A stretch of 64,000 nt of DNA from Pelomyxa schiedti (taxonomy: Eukaryota > Protista > Evosea): positions 1-64,000 of the forward strand of contig JAHLWZ010000714.1 of NCBI GenBank assembly GCA_020536535.1, given 5' to 3'. Position numbers and translations under genes: made by a program. A model generated the notes under the pieces. That model had not been told where the DNA came from. It saw only the letters and a program-made list of their open reading frames with translations, and ran no database searches. Positions 49,224 through 63,436 of the stretch are shown piece after piece; the first letter of the stretch is position 1, and each line of letters starts with the position of its first letter.

Positions 49224-50060
49224 ATGGCATTGTCGATTGGTGTGCGGTGTTGCGCCCATTTGCTGTCTGTGGCAGTGCACCCGCTCGCCGCGTTCGAGTC
49301 CCTCATGTCCGACCCATCTCGCACGCGGTCCTCCGCCCTCGCCGTAGTCTCCAACGCCTGCGCCTACGCCGTCACCCTGGCCCTCATGGCCATCGCCCAC
49401 ACCCTCGCGGCCCCCGCCGCCCCCTCCTCCCCCTTCCCCCCGCCCGACCCGGGCATCGACGTCGACGTCGACTTTGCCGACGCGGCCTCGCTGCTCGCCC
49501 CGGCCGCGGCGGCCCCGCGCTCCAGCGCCTACTGGCGCAGCGCCTGCGCCGTCGTGCCCGTGTTCGCCGCGGCGTGGATCGTCGCCAGCGTCGCCGCGCG
49601 CACCGGCGCCCTGCTGTTCCTCCCGCGCGACGGCGCGGCGATCCTCAGGCGGGCCTCCCCCGCCGCCGGCGGCTCCGTGCTGCCCGTGGGCGACGCCATG
49701 GCCTGCGTGGGCTACGCCCTGGTCGTGCCCACCGCCCTCGTGCTCATGGCGCCGGACTTTGTGGCTTCGCTGGCGTGTGCCCTTGGGCTTGCGTCTGTGG
49801 ACGACTGGGACTTCCGCCAGATGGCGGCGTCGCCCTCGGCCGGGGACGCGGACGGGCTCGATGTGGAGCCCGACGTGCCGGTGCTGTCGCTGCCTGTGGT
49901 GCTCGTGATCGTGCACACTGTGTGGTGTGTGGCGCTGCTTGGTTGTGCGATCAGTGCATTCAGTAGGAAGATGGTGAGGGCATTCCCTCAGGGGGCCATG
50001 ATTGGGCTCGTGACGTTGGTCTTGTTTGAGGCCACTTTGTACCCCTTCATCACCCTGTAG
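49224..50060 (+). CDS. Multi-pass membrane protein, possibly Yip1-like (3' exons unresolved, may extend to ~50600)
   Basis: GC-rich 278-codon ORF with about five hydrophobic segments and N-terminal VAVHPLAAFESL. Confidence 0.55.
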   Translation: MALSIGVRCCAHLLSVAVHPLAAFESLMSDPSRTRSSALAVVSNACAYAVTLALMAIAHTLAAPAAPSSPFPPPDPGIDVDVDFADAASLLAPAAAAPRSSAYWRSACAVVPVFAAAWIVASVAARTGALLFLPRDGAAILRRASPAAGGSVLPVGDAMACVGYALVVPTALVLMAPDFVASLACALGLASVDDWDFRQMAASPSAGDADGLDVEPDVPVLSLPVVLVIVHTVWCVALLGCAISAFSRKMVRAFPQGAMIGLVTLVLFEATLYPFITL

Positions 50061-50680
50061 CTACAAAAAATGCTTTTTTTTTCCCGCGCATGTGGTTTAT
50101 GGAAACATAGAGCAAGGGGATGCAGGGTACGGCTCTTGTTCTTGAACAAACGAGTTTCTGTGACCCTGATACTATGCTTGAAATAACAACATATTTGGTT
50201 GGGTATTATGAAGGTCAGGAGGACTGAGGAGACAGTGTAACATTTGTTGTAGATGATGGCGTGAGCAGCCACCATGTTTACAATCAAGTTTTTTTCTAAG
50301 TCGATTTTTTATAAAAGTCCCAATATTAAAAATAGTGAAAATTTCTTTCTTTTGTTTGGTTATCGTGGCAATTGCTGGCGTGGATGTTGGGTAGGAAGGT
50401 GGTTCAAGCCAGAGTGAGCAGCAGGAAGATGGCAATAAGCCGGACTCGGCTGCACAAAACCACGTGAGTAAAAGAAAGAACACAAAAACAAACCTGAATG
50501 AGGTTAAGGATTGCTCTGGGAAAGTGAGAAGAAACGGGAAAGTCAGCAACACGAAGCCTCAACATAGTAACTGTCAGAAACACGTTAGTAATGAAAAATG
50601 AAACAGGGAACTACCTGCTGGGTCGATGCTACGGCATGGAATTGCAATTGGCGGAAAGAAAAAAAAAAAAAAGGAAAAGT

Positions 50681-50826
50681 GGGGCGCGGGAGCGACACGG
50701 CCAACCCAGGCCTTTTGGTCATAGCGGAAGACAGGACCAAGCCAAAGGGAGCCTAGTTCCCGTAGGTCTCCCTTGTGCGAGCTCGGTCCCAGCAGCCAGG
50801 CAGTTAACCAAATGTCGCTAGGCCCG
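50681..50826 (-). ncRNA. Candidate structured RNA, unclassified
   Basis: AGCGACA/UGUCGCU and UGGUUAAC/GUUGGCCG closing stems, two internal hairpins, and a following U-run. Confidence 0.3.
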
Positions 50827-51205
50827 ACACTGGTACAAAAAAAAGGAAAAAAACGATAAAAATCGGTTTGTTCGCTGCATCGTCTTGTGGCGCACCTGTG
50901 GTGTTGTGAAAGTAAACATAATTATCACCCCCAGAAAAAAAAAAAGAAGGAAAAAAGCCGCAGTGTGCTGCAACGAAGACAGCTTGTGTTGTTCCCCCAA
51001 CCACATCCTTCGCATTGTCGCAAAACCTCTTCGTAGTTCCGCATCGTAGTCTTCGTTGTGTTTTGTTTATTTTTTTTTATTTTGTAACCGGTCCTTTCCC
51101 CTGCTTATAAGTTGAGGGATTGCAACTGCTTTTGTCATTTTGAAGAATGTGGATACAAACACCGAAGCTCCGAAGGAGGACTGCGGTTCGCAAAAGGACA
51201 AGGAA

Positions 51206-53296
51206 ATGGGTTCAAAGAATGGTATTATGTATGGTGACAAAAAATTCTTCTTCTTCGGCCAACACAACACAAAACAACGACGATGCGAGGCACAGAGGAG
51301 GAGGGAGCTTTGACAGCCGACGTGACCTCGTGGCAATGCTGCCCAATCGACAACGAGCCGTTCTTCTGCAGGGTGACTGGAACCGGGTCCTGGAACGAGC
51401 TCTTGCACAGTAACCACGTTGCCACGCTCATCGTTAAGAAGAGGTGCCCAAAGGAGGCAACAGAAGCGCAGGCTCGCTTTTGGCAACAGCAGAGCCTCAG
51501 CACCGAGTATCGGAAGAGGCACAGGTACCACAAGGTGGGTGAGGAGGCATTCACGGCCTTGCAGAGGAACGGGGAGGTGCCTGAGGGCATCCCCCGTGAC
51601 AGAGTGTGGGTGGCATGGTGCAGGTCGCATGAGCTGAACAAGAGGTATTCCTTCAAAGCCATTTGCAAACGACTCGGCCGGGACCCAGTCACAGGAAAAA
51701 TGGCTGTGGTGTGTAGAGTGGTGGAAGTGGGGTGTTGTGGTTTCCTCCTGATTGCAGAGCAGTCTTCTCTCATCTCATCTCCTCTCTCGCGTACTCCCCC
51801 TTGTCTGTTTGTAACTTCATTGACAGAAGAGAAACGCCCAAGTACCAACAGAAGAAGAAGATGGTGATGGTGAAGAGCAAGAATGTTACAGTAGTGACCA
51901 GGAGGAGGAGGACGATGATTACAACCTTGCGCCAGAGGAAGATTCCTCCAGCCGTCCGCACCAAGACCCGTCCTTGAAGTGGGAACTGAGCAGCAGAATA
52001 CCAGTCATTCTCGAGGGTGACCTCATTCCACCACCAAAGGTACTTCTTTGCTTGTTACTTTCTCCATTCCGCATCCATCCATCATCAGCCCCCAATCTTG
52101 TCTGATGCTGAGAACTGGGGATTGGCTCTCGATTTGTCACAGATCAAGGACACGGTTCGTTTCGTTCACACCCGCACTTCAATTCCCTTTCTCTCTCTCC
52201 CTTCCCCCACTTGCATCACTCTCACAGGAGGATGATTCTGAGGGAGAAGGCAACACTTCCACAGAGGAGACCCGGCAGCAAAATCCTGATGCAAAACCAC
52301 ACCACGATGTCGTACGCTTCCTCTCAGCCTGGAAAACGGTGTGTGTGTGCCCCGTGTGTCTCTTTCTGGATATCTCATAATTTTCAACAGATTTTGATGC
52401 TGTTGTCTCCTGTTGTGTTTGAGAGAATGAGGGGTGTGTGCAAGGGCCTCCTGGGGCTTGTGAAGTCTCTTGAGAGAATGTACTGGAGTTGGTTGCAATA
52501 TGATTTCTGCAACTCCAGAGAACGCCAACGCTATGTGAGGGAGCAAAAGTATCCACCTGCCATGCGGGCCATAGAAATGGCAATCAACTGTTCCCCAATC
52601 TGCCTTGAGACAGTGCACGAACTCGAGGTATATGGAGGATTCATTGCCAAGCGGTTTGATATACATTGCACCACCGGCCAAAAACCCACACCCGCGACAC
52701 TTTGGCCAGCCATCATCAGCACAGTGGAAGGGGTCATGAGAGCCAACACCCGCCCAGACACCCAACTCGTCGTGCACCACTGCCCCCAGGAAATGGTTGG
52801 CACCATCATCCACGCCGTGATGTCGATCCGGGAGCCCAGCAACATCAGCCTGCTCACCATCACCGGGGATGGCGAAATCACATTCCCCCCTGGGTTCCGC
52901 CATCTCCCGCCCGACTCCAAGAGGTGCCTGCCAAGAATAGAGCTCGAAGTAGACCACGACAGGTCATGTTGCCCTAATTGCGACTCCCCCACAGTCCACA
53001 ACAACAGCACACCAGCCGTGCCACCGTCGCAGGTCCACGACAAGCCCAAGACCCAGCCCGCCCCCGCTCGCACTTGCGCTCTGCCCTCCCGCACCAGTGC
53101 CCGCGCCCTCGCCGTCGCCCCTGCTCCTGCCCCAGCACTCGCCGTCAGCAACAGCAACAACGGCACCAAGAGTGTCACAGTCACGGGGAAGAGATGGGCG
53201 CCGGGTACTCCCCCTCTTGTGCTCTTGCCCCCACCAACCACACCCACAAACGCTGTCCCTGTTGAAAACAATCGCCGACGTAGACTGGGGTGGTGA
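51206..53296 (+). CDS. F-box-like protein (start approximate)
   Basis: Spliced VVRFLSAWKT|ILMLLSPVVFERMRGVCKGLLGLVK fits the F-box pattern (IL..L......R.VCK....LV). An acidic N-terminal region precedes it and the last exon is intact. Confidence 0.6.
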
Positions 53297-53505
53297 TGAC
53301 TCCGCTCACAAATCCTTGTAAAAAAAAAAAAAGTAGAAAAGACTGGCGGCCGTTGACTTCCTTTCTCAACCAATAACAGTATTACAAAGAGAAAGGTAGG
53401 GCAACAAAAACAGGAAGACTTTAAAATTCACAGTGGTGATAGTTGTGGGACTGTTATCTCTATCTGTTGTAGAGACTATACAAAATGGTACACATGGGCG
53501 GTGTC

Positions 53506-56500
53506 CTACCAAAACGGGCACCTGTTGGTTTTTGTTACGTGATATCGAATTGCAGAAGGTGGTGAAGGAAACGCACCATCCAACATAACACTGGCAGAGA
53601 TTCTCGTGAGATGTGGCTTGTTTAATAAGTTTGTCCACCTAGCAAATGTTGTGAGTGGTTGTATTTCTGGTGTAGTTGCGTGGGTACCTGGTCATGTACA
53701 TTCAACACATCACTTGAAAAATCTCTTCCAGTTAATTTCCGATTTACTCGTTTTAAAACGGAAATGGCTCGATCATTTAGCACTTCTGATCTATGGTCGT
53801 ACTCGTTTACTGCAACTGGTATAGAACAACGGTGAGTGGAGATAGACAGAGACCTACACACCAGATTCTTTGTGGGACAGATAAACACGACGGCCTGGTG
53901 TGTCGCTTTGAGCTCCATCTAGAATGTTGGTTTCAAGAGGGGCAGAAAGGAATAATCTTACCGGCAAGGGTTGGTGGTCCCCATTCATCTGGAGGTTGTG
54001 CATTCATTTTATCTATCATCTATTTAGGACGAACTACATTTTATTGGGGATTTACTTGGCGATTTTGAAGTAAGAAGTCGCCAGTTGATAAGTGGGTCGT
54101 ACACAAAAGCCTCAAGTACAGCCATTAAGCTCTCCTTGTTTGCCCGTAGAACATTCATCACTTTCTCACAGGTGAAACGGAAGTTGCCCTCAATGCCACT
54201 CACTTCCATGGCGTTAATAAGCATGCGTGTAAGGCGGAAAGGAATTCGTTCAGGAAACTTGTCTCTGTGCATTGCTACCTCAAAGCAATCTCCAAAATCG
54301 ATATGAATCACTTGGCACGTGTTGCGTTCAAGCATAAGGTTGCTTGGGTGTCGATCTCCAAGGCCCAGTATGTATCCAACCATTGACATTACAGCCATGG
54401 ACCGTGTGTAAGTTGTTCGCCTCTCAAGCCACACCTAAACGAATTGAGAAATGAGTTATGCTTCTCGTGCTCTCGTTTCAACCTCAGAGTTGGCACTCTT
54501 TAGCCATAACACACGTTCCAAATCAAGTCCCTCTTGAATGGTAAGAGGGTATTCAAAAACTTCTACTTTTTGTATCACGGTGAGGTTGTCGTAAGTTGGT
54601 GCTATTTGAAGCATTAAACGATGTTCAACGTTCAACCAGATTTCGTGCGTGTCACTAGGAAGGGGTGAGAAAGGCACACTCAGGCAGAGAACTACCGATA
54701 TTCCCGAATAAGCTGGTGAAGGGTGTCTGAGTGCTGCACCCAGCCAATGAGGCCCGAGTTGTGGGACAATGGAACAACTGCAAAAGTACGAATGGAAAGA
54801 TGAGATTTGGAAGTTTCACTGTTGCTGGAGAGAAGGTTATTGACAAGACTGAAGAGTTGCATGACACGTTCATCTTGACGAAGGTCCTCATGGCCTGTTT
54901 TACCTATAAATCTGGCCAACAGTAAGGGAGTATTTATAAACCTTTTAGCAGAAATTTATATTCGACATCATTGGAGCCAATAATTGTGAGTTTACGAGGT
55001 CGTTGTTTTGATGTAATCACGGACAGAACAGGTGCAACTTGCTTGATTTCGATGACAGGTTCCCCGGGTCTATAGGTACCTGGTACAGCAAGTTTGAGGT
55101 CCTTTGCCTGTTCCAGTTTGTCAGACACATATTGAAGTTCCAGAGTGGTCATTTGATGAAGCTGTTTTCCAATGCGGCGGAAAACCTTAGTTTGTTGTAA
55201 TTTCCAGAGGATATATGCGCATATTTAACGGCACTTACATGGTAATAGAGGTCCCATGCCTGATGAATATCAGAGGCCGAATTGGTGCGTTGATACTTCT
55301 GTACAAAGTTTACGGAAACTCAAATTGAAAATGAAGATGCCTTGCACCACTCCAAGGCCTCTTGAAGATCATGACCATATTGATTTTTAAAGGAGCGTTC
55401 TCGCTGAGTTTCTGGTCCCTAGGAAGAGGAAGTTTCTACACAACAGGGGAGGGAGAATATTCAACTTACCCGTTCAAGCATCTGGTGCAGAGGAGCAAGA
55501 GCTGCTAGCATTCCCCCCAAATTGTGTTCCACGTAGAATGCCCGGGAAGCTTCCTCCAAGCCATCATGCCACATCTCGTGCCATAATATTGCAACCCTTT
55601 CAAAGTTACTCAAACTACATGGAGGGATAGCCCTGCCTAATAAGCTCTTGAGAGACAATTAGAGCTTGATCAATAAGAATAGCTGACTGTTTTCTCATTT
55701 TCCCAATGATGTTGTTTGCAGCCTCTAACCGCGCAGCATTTTGTGACTAGATAGATTGGAGCTTCAGTTTTCATTAGTACTTGGTCTATTGTGAACCTTG
55801 GAGGCAACAGTGAGTGGAAACACGACAGCCTGTGGATGTTGCTTCCCAACGCCCGTAAGTAGTTCATGGGTGAGATGACGAATGGAGGGTATGTTGGAGT
55901 GAATGCGAGCAATGATCTATTAAAAACATTACAAAAGAAAACTGGACATTGAATAGGTAAGGAACCTGCGGAATCACTTGAATCCATGTGTTGATATTTA
56001 CAGTACTAAAGCCTTCAATTAAAGCATTTTCAACTTCTTTATTTTGACCATGTTTAAACAGCAACGATAAAAGTCTTTCCAAGATTTTGAGAGGGAAAAA
56101 AAAGTGAGGGTTTAGTTAACCGTAAAGCATCTTGGATAGTTTGAGTTGGGCCAAGTGAAATTGACTTAAAGAAGCCTTGTATTGCTGTAACAATAAAGCT
56201 GACAATACGGTCTGTAGGGACACTTTGCCTCTCATAGTGGGAAATTACCTGAAGTACCATTAGAGCAAGAATATGTGAGTAATGTACTTCAAAGTTTGTT
56301 AAAGCCCATGCATGCCAGGCTTTGTACCAATTGCTATTGCACTCAATGGCATTTTTTAGAGAAGAAAGAATTTCACTCACGGCGTCCTTAGCAAGGAGAT
56401 GAGAAATGAGAATATGGTTTGTGAGATACATCAGTAAGGGGAAATCGATTTTTTAAGTGGACATCTGTTGTTGCATATCTGTTTCTTTGATGTATTTCAT

Positions 56501-59500
56501 TGGCATCTTCCTGTATTTGCGAGAGGTATAATTGCCACTCACCAAGTTTTAGATAGGCATGCCCTATAATTTCCATTTTACTGCTGGGTTATGAGTCTAA
56601 TAGAAACATTACCTTTTGTGTGTAGGTCACTGGAATTCTCTATGCACTGGGAGAAAGCTTGAAGCAACTCAAAGGCCCTTACACTGTTTTGAGTTGTAAC
56701 AGTACTTGAACCCCACAATGTTTTGATAAAAGCGAACGCTACCTAGGTGGGAGTTGTAAATGGACCAAATGGATTAATTCAAGAACCTTTGGATACTGCA
56801 TTGGAAGTTTGGAACAATCTGGTTGTAGTTCATATCCAATGAGGTTGTTTAAAGTTTTGATAGCAAGTCTCTGTTGCCCACTTTTACGACACAGACCAAC
56901 AAACTTCAGCCAAATGTCCATGTTTTCCTTTGTTATGAGTTTCTTTCCCGTGGACCAAAGGACTGTAAGAAGTACCTGTGGGGAAACGACGAGACTATGA
57001 ATGCTGAGAAGCTGTTGCCAAGTATCTAAGTCATACTTGCACCCTTTTAATCTTCTCTCCCAAGTGCTTCTTATCATGTTTTTCCGTTCAGCCGAGTTTG
57101 TTTTCTTGTACTCAATGACCTCCTATTTTAAGAAATGAGTGCTAAATGCCAATCTCACATTTGGAACAAATACTTCAAGTTCAGATAACTGTTGCACCAG
57201 CACTACAGTGCTATAGGCCCGGTCATAGCTCTCCCTTGAGAAAAAGGTGAGTCATTTATCTTCTAAACGTTCTCAGACTTACCCGAGAAGGGCAGTCAAC
57301 TTGGTGTCCAATAAAGTGCGTGTTCTGGTTATGTAATCTTGGGCAATATCAAAGTGATTGTTATGGATTTCAAGAATAGCACAGTAAAAGCTTCCGCTGA
57401 CAGAATCTGTGCCCATGGTCTCTACGTACTCATTCATTTTCTAACTCGGGTGAACGATTTACATGAAACCACAAGAGCAACACACGTTCCAGAAAGCCAA
57501 ATTGAGTGATGAAGCAGCTGCCAGAGGAGCCATCTCCTTCTTGATATCTGGGGTCGCAGTGTTCCAGTGTGCTTGAGAGAGTTCAGCCAGTTGGTCCCAT
57601 TCACCAATTGCATGCAGGCAACGCATTTGACCAAGAAGAGTGTTAAAGTTTGTAGGACCTTCCCTGGATTTGGCTTCATAGACAGCCAAAGCCTCTATTA
57701 AGGGGGAGAAAGGAGCAATTGAATTAACGCCAACATGGTAGCACCCATACGTTCCCACTTTCCCAGCTTTTCGTATAAACTCTCTTGCAATTCAACTGTT
57801 TGGTGTTGCTTTGCATAGGCAACTATTCCTTCTGCCGCTTCCGGCTGTTGCAGTTGATGGTTTATACTTATCAGTTCTTCGATAATACCTGGGGAGTTTG
57901 GCTTTTGTTGAAACTCCATTTCCTAGGGTATGGGGATAAGCAATAGTAGACCTTTATTATATTGCACCTTGTAGTGTAAAGCTTTTGCATAAGCATGGCA
58001 ACGCTGGGCAATGGAACCCAATTTCTCTATTGGTAAGGCTTTTTCTTCATGCTCCATGTCTTAAAAGGGTGAGGAAATGTGACTATCTGGTAAGAAGTGT
58101 TACATTCAGTGAGATTCAACAAAGTCTGTAAAATTTCATGTGGCATGCTCTCGATGTTCAAAACGCTTTCCAGATTCGTGACAAGTTGAACTTGAAGAGA
58201 TTCGTGAAGTTCATTCCATACTGACAGGAAGACTGCATTGAAGAGTTCTTTTACCAGTGGGGGATAATCCAAAGCCTGGCCAGGAAAATCATTATTTTGT
58301 TTCCGTGTAGAGGTCGTGGTACCAAAGCAAGACAAGCATTTAAGGAAGGGTCAGGCGATTCTGCTATTAAGGCACCACTGAACTTCCGCATCCACTCAAG
58401 CCAGTCATCCTTGGACACACGTTGGGCAGAGGACTCCCACGCTGTGAGAAATGAGTGGACACAGAAAATAAAAGAAAAGACCTTGTTGTATGACACGCAC
58501 AGTAGTTGCCTTTTTTTTACCCTTCAATGATAACTCATCTTTCACGGGGTCTTTTTCAGAGTCTTTGCTACTGCTAATCCTTAATTGCAATGATATATGG
58601 TAACGGGTCAACCTCTCTACACTTTCTTTCTCATCTATAAGAGGCTGCCCCGCCAGAAGGGCCCCAACCAATGCCTCATATTCGGGGTAGACAATTCTGT
58701 ATTTAACAAGATTCTTTCGTACCTGAGAAAGTTAAAAAAAACCAGTTTTAAAATGGGTTGGCTACCATTGGAATGAAAATGGAGTAGTCACTACCAAGTC
58801 TCCGAATGAGAGTGCATAATGTCTAGTTGAATTACAAAAAAACATAGGGTAGAAAATGGGGAACCTTCATGATTTCTTCACGTAAAGGGGAGGGTGGGTT
58901 TTTCTCCAATAGGCGGTTCAAAGGGTGGATAATTTTTAAAACGTGATCGGAAAAGTTTAATTTTGTGCACAGCCTAGCTAAAGTGTAAATGAATATTGTC
59001 AGAGTAGTGTCATACATTTTAAGAGTTTCAATGGCAGATTTTACAATTGGGGCATCATTTTGCTCAAACAACCCAACCTTCATGAAGTAAGGACATTAAA
59101 AAAACCGGACTTAAAATGTACAATAGCAGGAATAATGAGGTGCAAATACTCCTCAATATTAGTCCCGAAGGTTTCCAAAGCCTTCAGAATCTTTGTGACA
59201 TTAACTGGCTTGATTCGACTTGGTTGTAGTTCTTGTAGAATAAGAGGAATCAATCTAGGAAGAGAAGCCTAGTTTTGGGTTAAAAAGAAGAGAAAAAGTA
59301 AAAAAGCTAGTTGCCTTGAATTCTTCATTCAAAGCACAGGAAATTTGCTCTGCTAGTGCCAGGATAGGTGTTAGCAGTACAGGGTCCCAGAATTCCAGCA
59401 TAAGCTGGTCACGAATTTACAAGGGTGCAAATGAATGACAGGAACCAACATTAAAAAGATTTTCCGCATAATCTCGTATGTGTTGCTTGACAATTGCAAC

Positions 59501-62500
59501 AAGATCAGCCAATGCTTTAAAAATCTGTTCTCGAAAACCTTCGCAGAGTTATTATAAACAAAAACAAAGAGAGGCTCCACCAGCTTCACATTTGTGCATA
59601 ACATGTATCAACTCAGGAACAACAATGGGAAGAAATTTTCTACATCCCATTCCTAAGTTATGAAGACTTAACATAAGATCGGTCAAAACGACTTCACGGT
59701 TCTAAGTGAGTCAAGGTATACAAACAGTGTGAAAGTGTAAAAGTACAAAAGGATACAACAGAGAGGTTAGGGTCACGCATAATTTTCATTAGGGCAGTGA
59801 TAACAACAGTAGGGTTGTATTCTTCACTACTAGAGGAAACTGTTGGAAGAGCAAGTTCACTACTTGCTGTCGATCCTGTGGAATGTGAGAAAAGATAATA
59901 CATGATAGGAATACTACCTGGGGTAGTACTAGCAGAGGAAAGATTGGCTTGAACGACCATCTAAAACGTCATGACTAAGCAGAAAAGAAGGGAAAAAAAA
60001 AAAAAAAAAGGGAGACTTGGGAGGTGGAAGAAAGACTGAAAGAAAAGAAATTTACCTTGTGTCTATAGGGGTCCACAGCTCCCAAAATGCCAAGAACTTT
60101 CAGAAGTTCGGATCTAATTGTTGAACTTCTCTCTGAAGATATTCCCTGCATTATAATCTCTAGTAGGTCCTTGTAATCAAGGAACGGGTCTATGACATAT
60201 CCTGTGTGTCTGACGAGCTCACCTAGTGTGTGCAGAGCAACCTCTCGTTTTGCAACTCGCTTAGCTATATCGGATAAACTTCACAAGGGTCATAAAACAC
60301 ATGGGATTACTTGTAGCACTCTGGTCTTTCAGAATGGTAATGATGAGAGGAACTAATTCTTTTACATGAGGAACCATTGACTCTGCACCCACAACAGCAA
60401 GATCACCCAAAGTTCCTAGTACACTTTGTTCCACTCTAGTACTAGAGTCTAAACAATCAAATAAGAACCCACTACTCCAGCTGTAGTTAAACACACCAGG
60501 CCCCAATTTCGGTAACAATGCTTTTAAGATAGAGTCTACATAAGGCCTGATTAACTTCTCTGATGATACAATGAGACGGCCTAGGAGAATTGCACTCTCT
60601 TCCTTGCTCTTGTTATCACCAGAGTACTCTTTTTTTAAAAAATGGATTTGACTTGAGATGAGAATTAATTGGAAAGTGAGATACCAAGTTCAGTCAACAG
60701 TTGCAATAAAGTTTTACGTAGAGAAGGCATGACATAGGCTGGATTGCGTAAAGTTAGACGACCAATGATCACAATTGCCAGCTCTCTGATCTGAGGAAGA
60801 AAATTAGCCTAGATTTGAAATATTTTAGTCAACTTCAAAACACTCGTCATTCAAAGCTGTGAAAAGAGATCTCAAGTTTTCTGCTTGGGATAGGTGCTGG
60901 TCAAATCTGGGTTCAAGTTTTTCAAAAACTGTCTTTCTGATTTCTGGTTCTGTTTGATGAAAACATAATTAGAATCACGTTTCTGGAAGAAGAAAAATGA
61001 CCTGAATCAGTAATACCGACCATCAATAACTTTTGTAGAACCTCAGAAATTACCTCCCCAGAGTGACCTCGAACTGGCAGTGGATCACCACCACCCAACA
61101 TGACATTCGAACATGTAATGGCAGCTTCTTGGCGTATGACCCTAAAATTGTATGAATCGAAAGCAGTACAAACAACCAATTTACGGAGAATCGGAATCAA
61201 GAAAATGAACCCAATCACGTAAGTGCCGGACATCAAGAGCCCCAAAACCAAAGGATCCCAGGGTATGCAAAGCAAGGATAAGCTGTGGGTCAGGTTCAAC
61301 AGTCTAGTAATAGAATAAGTGATAAACAGATGTGGGTTGGTAGTCACCCCACGAGATCCAGGGACTCCTGTATGGGAGATAGAATTTTTCAATACCTAGG
61401 TTGCTTGTGGGAAAATGAAGGAAAAAACGCAATACCTACAGAGTTAATCAAGGCAAAAAGGTTTTTGTCAATTTCTTTTTCCAGTAATGGCATAAATGCA
61501 TAGTTTCTATGATTAGAACTTGTGTACTGTTTTAGTTCATGCAGGGAATCAACTAATGAGCTGCTTAAACCTAATTGAACAGCAGCTTCTGAAATAGGAG
61601 GTAATTAAAAAATGAAAATGAAAAAGGAAGAACTTACTAATAATTTGAATGAGATGCGGCTCAATTTTGTCAGGCTGTATTGTCCCTGATTCGTATCCAG
61701 TTTTAAACTGTTTGGTCAGTTTTGCCATGCAAGTTAGAGCAGCAAGGCAAGGCTTTTTTGGCTGCAGAGCTGTGCTTATTTCCTGAAGTATTGTCTGTGC
61801 ACAGAAGAGTATATGTGAACCAACAATCTTTTCATAGATTTGAGTATGTGGCTGAAAGAGAGATAGCTATAATATAACTTGAGATAGGGAGCCCAAGGAC
61901 TCAAAAGCAAGAGATTTGTCATGCTGTCCTGGTTTGGTTGCACCCAGCAAGAAGGTAACCCATCCTGATAAAGAAGATTCCACGAATTCCTTTGTGTAAG
62001 GCTCTTGAGCTAAATCCGGAATACTTGAAATGACTGAAGTTTGTTGTGGTTTGTTTTAATAAGAATTCAAGAGAAAATGAAGAGTGACAAGACACACCAG
62101 ATCGTCTAACAAGTCTGTCCTTGTCCCTTGAGTTTTTCTCTTTTGCTAACCTCTGGAATACCCTGTGGACCTGGTCATATCGGGTCTTGATGTCAGGCTT
62201 TATTTTGACATCAAGTTTATGATCCATCCAGTCCGCAGCATGTCTAAGCAAAGAGACTATGCCATTATCAAAATACCAATAAGGTGAAGGTAATATGATA
62301 TACCGTAAGTCAGAAGGGCTCCATGAATGGTTTCAGGTGTAGGTGAGGCACTTCCAGTTATTTGCTCAGCAGCACTGTAGATTGTATTATACCAGCCTTG
62401 CTTTTGAGTATTATCACGATTTTTTGCGCATATATCAAGGCAGGCATTCAGTGCCTCATGAGACTCGAGCCGTACGCCTATCTGGTTTGTTGTAAGTTAA

Positions 62501-63436
62501 TGGATTCAGCACGGGGTAACCACATTTTGGTGATGGAGTGCTGATGTAATGTCCTTCATGAAGGCGGGTAAATGTGAAGAAAATAGGACAGGAACGTTTA
62601 TTGCCAATTCTTTCAGAACCATCACCGCACATAACCTTCTTTCTGTCTATTTGAGGATTTTCCAAGTTAGGAAGCAAAATGCCAACAGATAAAAGCTACT
62701 TGTGGTGAGGGTAGCAACTGTATGGCAGCATCAAGTTGAGTTTCCACACACTCAGCAGATGAATTGCCACCAATTCTGGCCAAGTGACCTGTGTGTGTTA
62801 GGAAATAAAAAGAAGAAAGGGGCAAATCACCAAGGGCACGAGATGAGGTGAAAATAACAGTGGAGTCATTTACTGTTAGTGCCTTCTGTAATAAAGTGCA
62901 AAAATGGGCAATGTTTTCCTCGAATTCAGGATCAATTAACTGATCTTAAGTGAGTCAGTGACTGAGAATTTAGGTTTGCAGCATTACCTATTGCATACAC
63001 AACATTGATTTTTTCAATAAGCATAGCAGAGGGTTCCAAGAGGCAACCCAGTAAGGAGTTAAGAGTTCCTATGAACCTTTGGACATTGAGTGCATTGCAA
63101 GCAAAAAAGAAAGAAAGAAGAACAAGAACTGATGCCTACTTGGTGAGACCTTCACCAAACAGGTCACGAAGGCACGAGAATACAAAGGCCCGTAGGTTTC
63201 TCACTGTTCGTTCGCGTGTCTCGTCATTTCTAGCCCACAATAGTAACACCAGTGAGACCACAATTTTTAAAATAAATGAATAAGAAAAAAAAAAAAAATA
63301 AAATAAAATAAAAGAAAAGAAAATAAAATGTGCAGCGCTGTGTACTACACCACCTTGATAATCTAAGGTCACCAATATGCTTGCACAGTGGATCGTACCA
63401 CGGCTCTGTTGGCGTCGCCGGTGTCTGTTGCGACAT
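53506..63436 (-). CDS. TOR: Target of rapamycin kinase (HEAT-FAT-FRB-kinase-FATC)
   Basis: [109 protein letters not shown]. Confidence 0.98.

Noticed and set aside
4657-63436. TOR, ATG1, RasGEF and a 4E-motif protein as a functional gene cluster
   Set aside because: They are spread over ~59 kb among unrelated genes on both strands; chance cannot be excluded without synteny data
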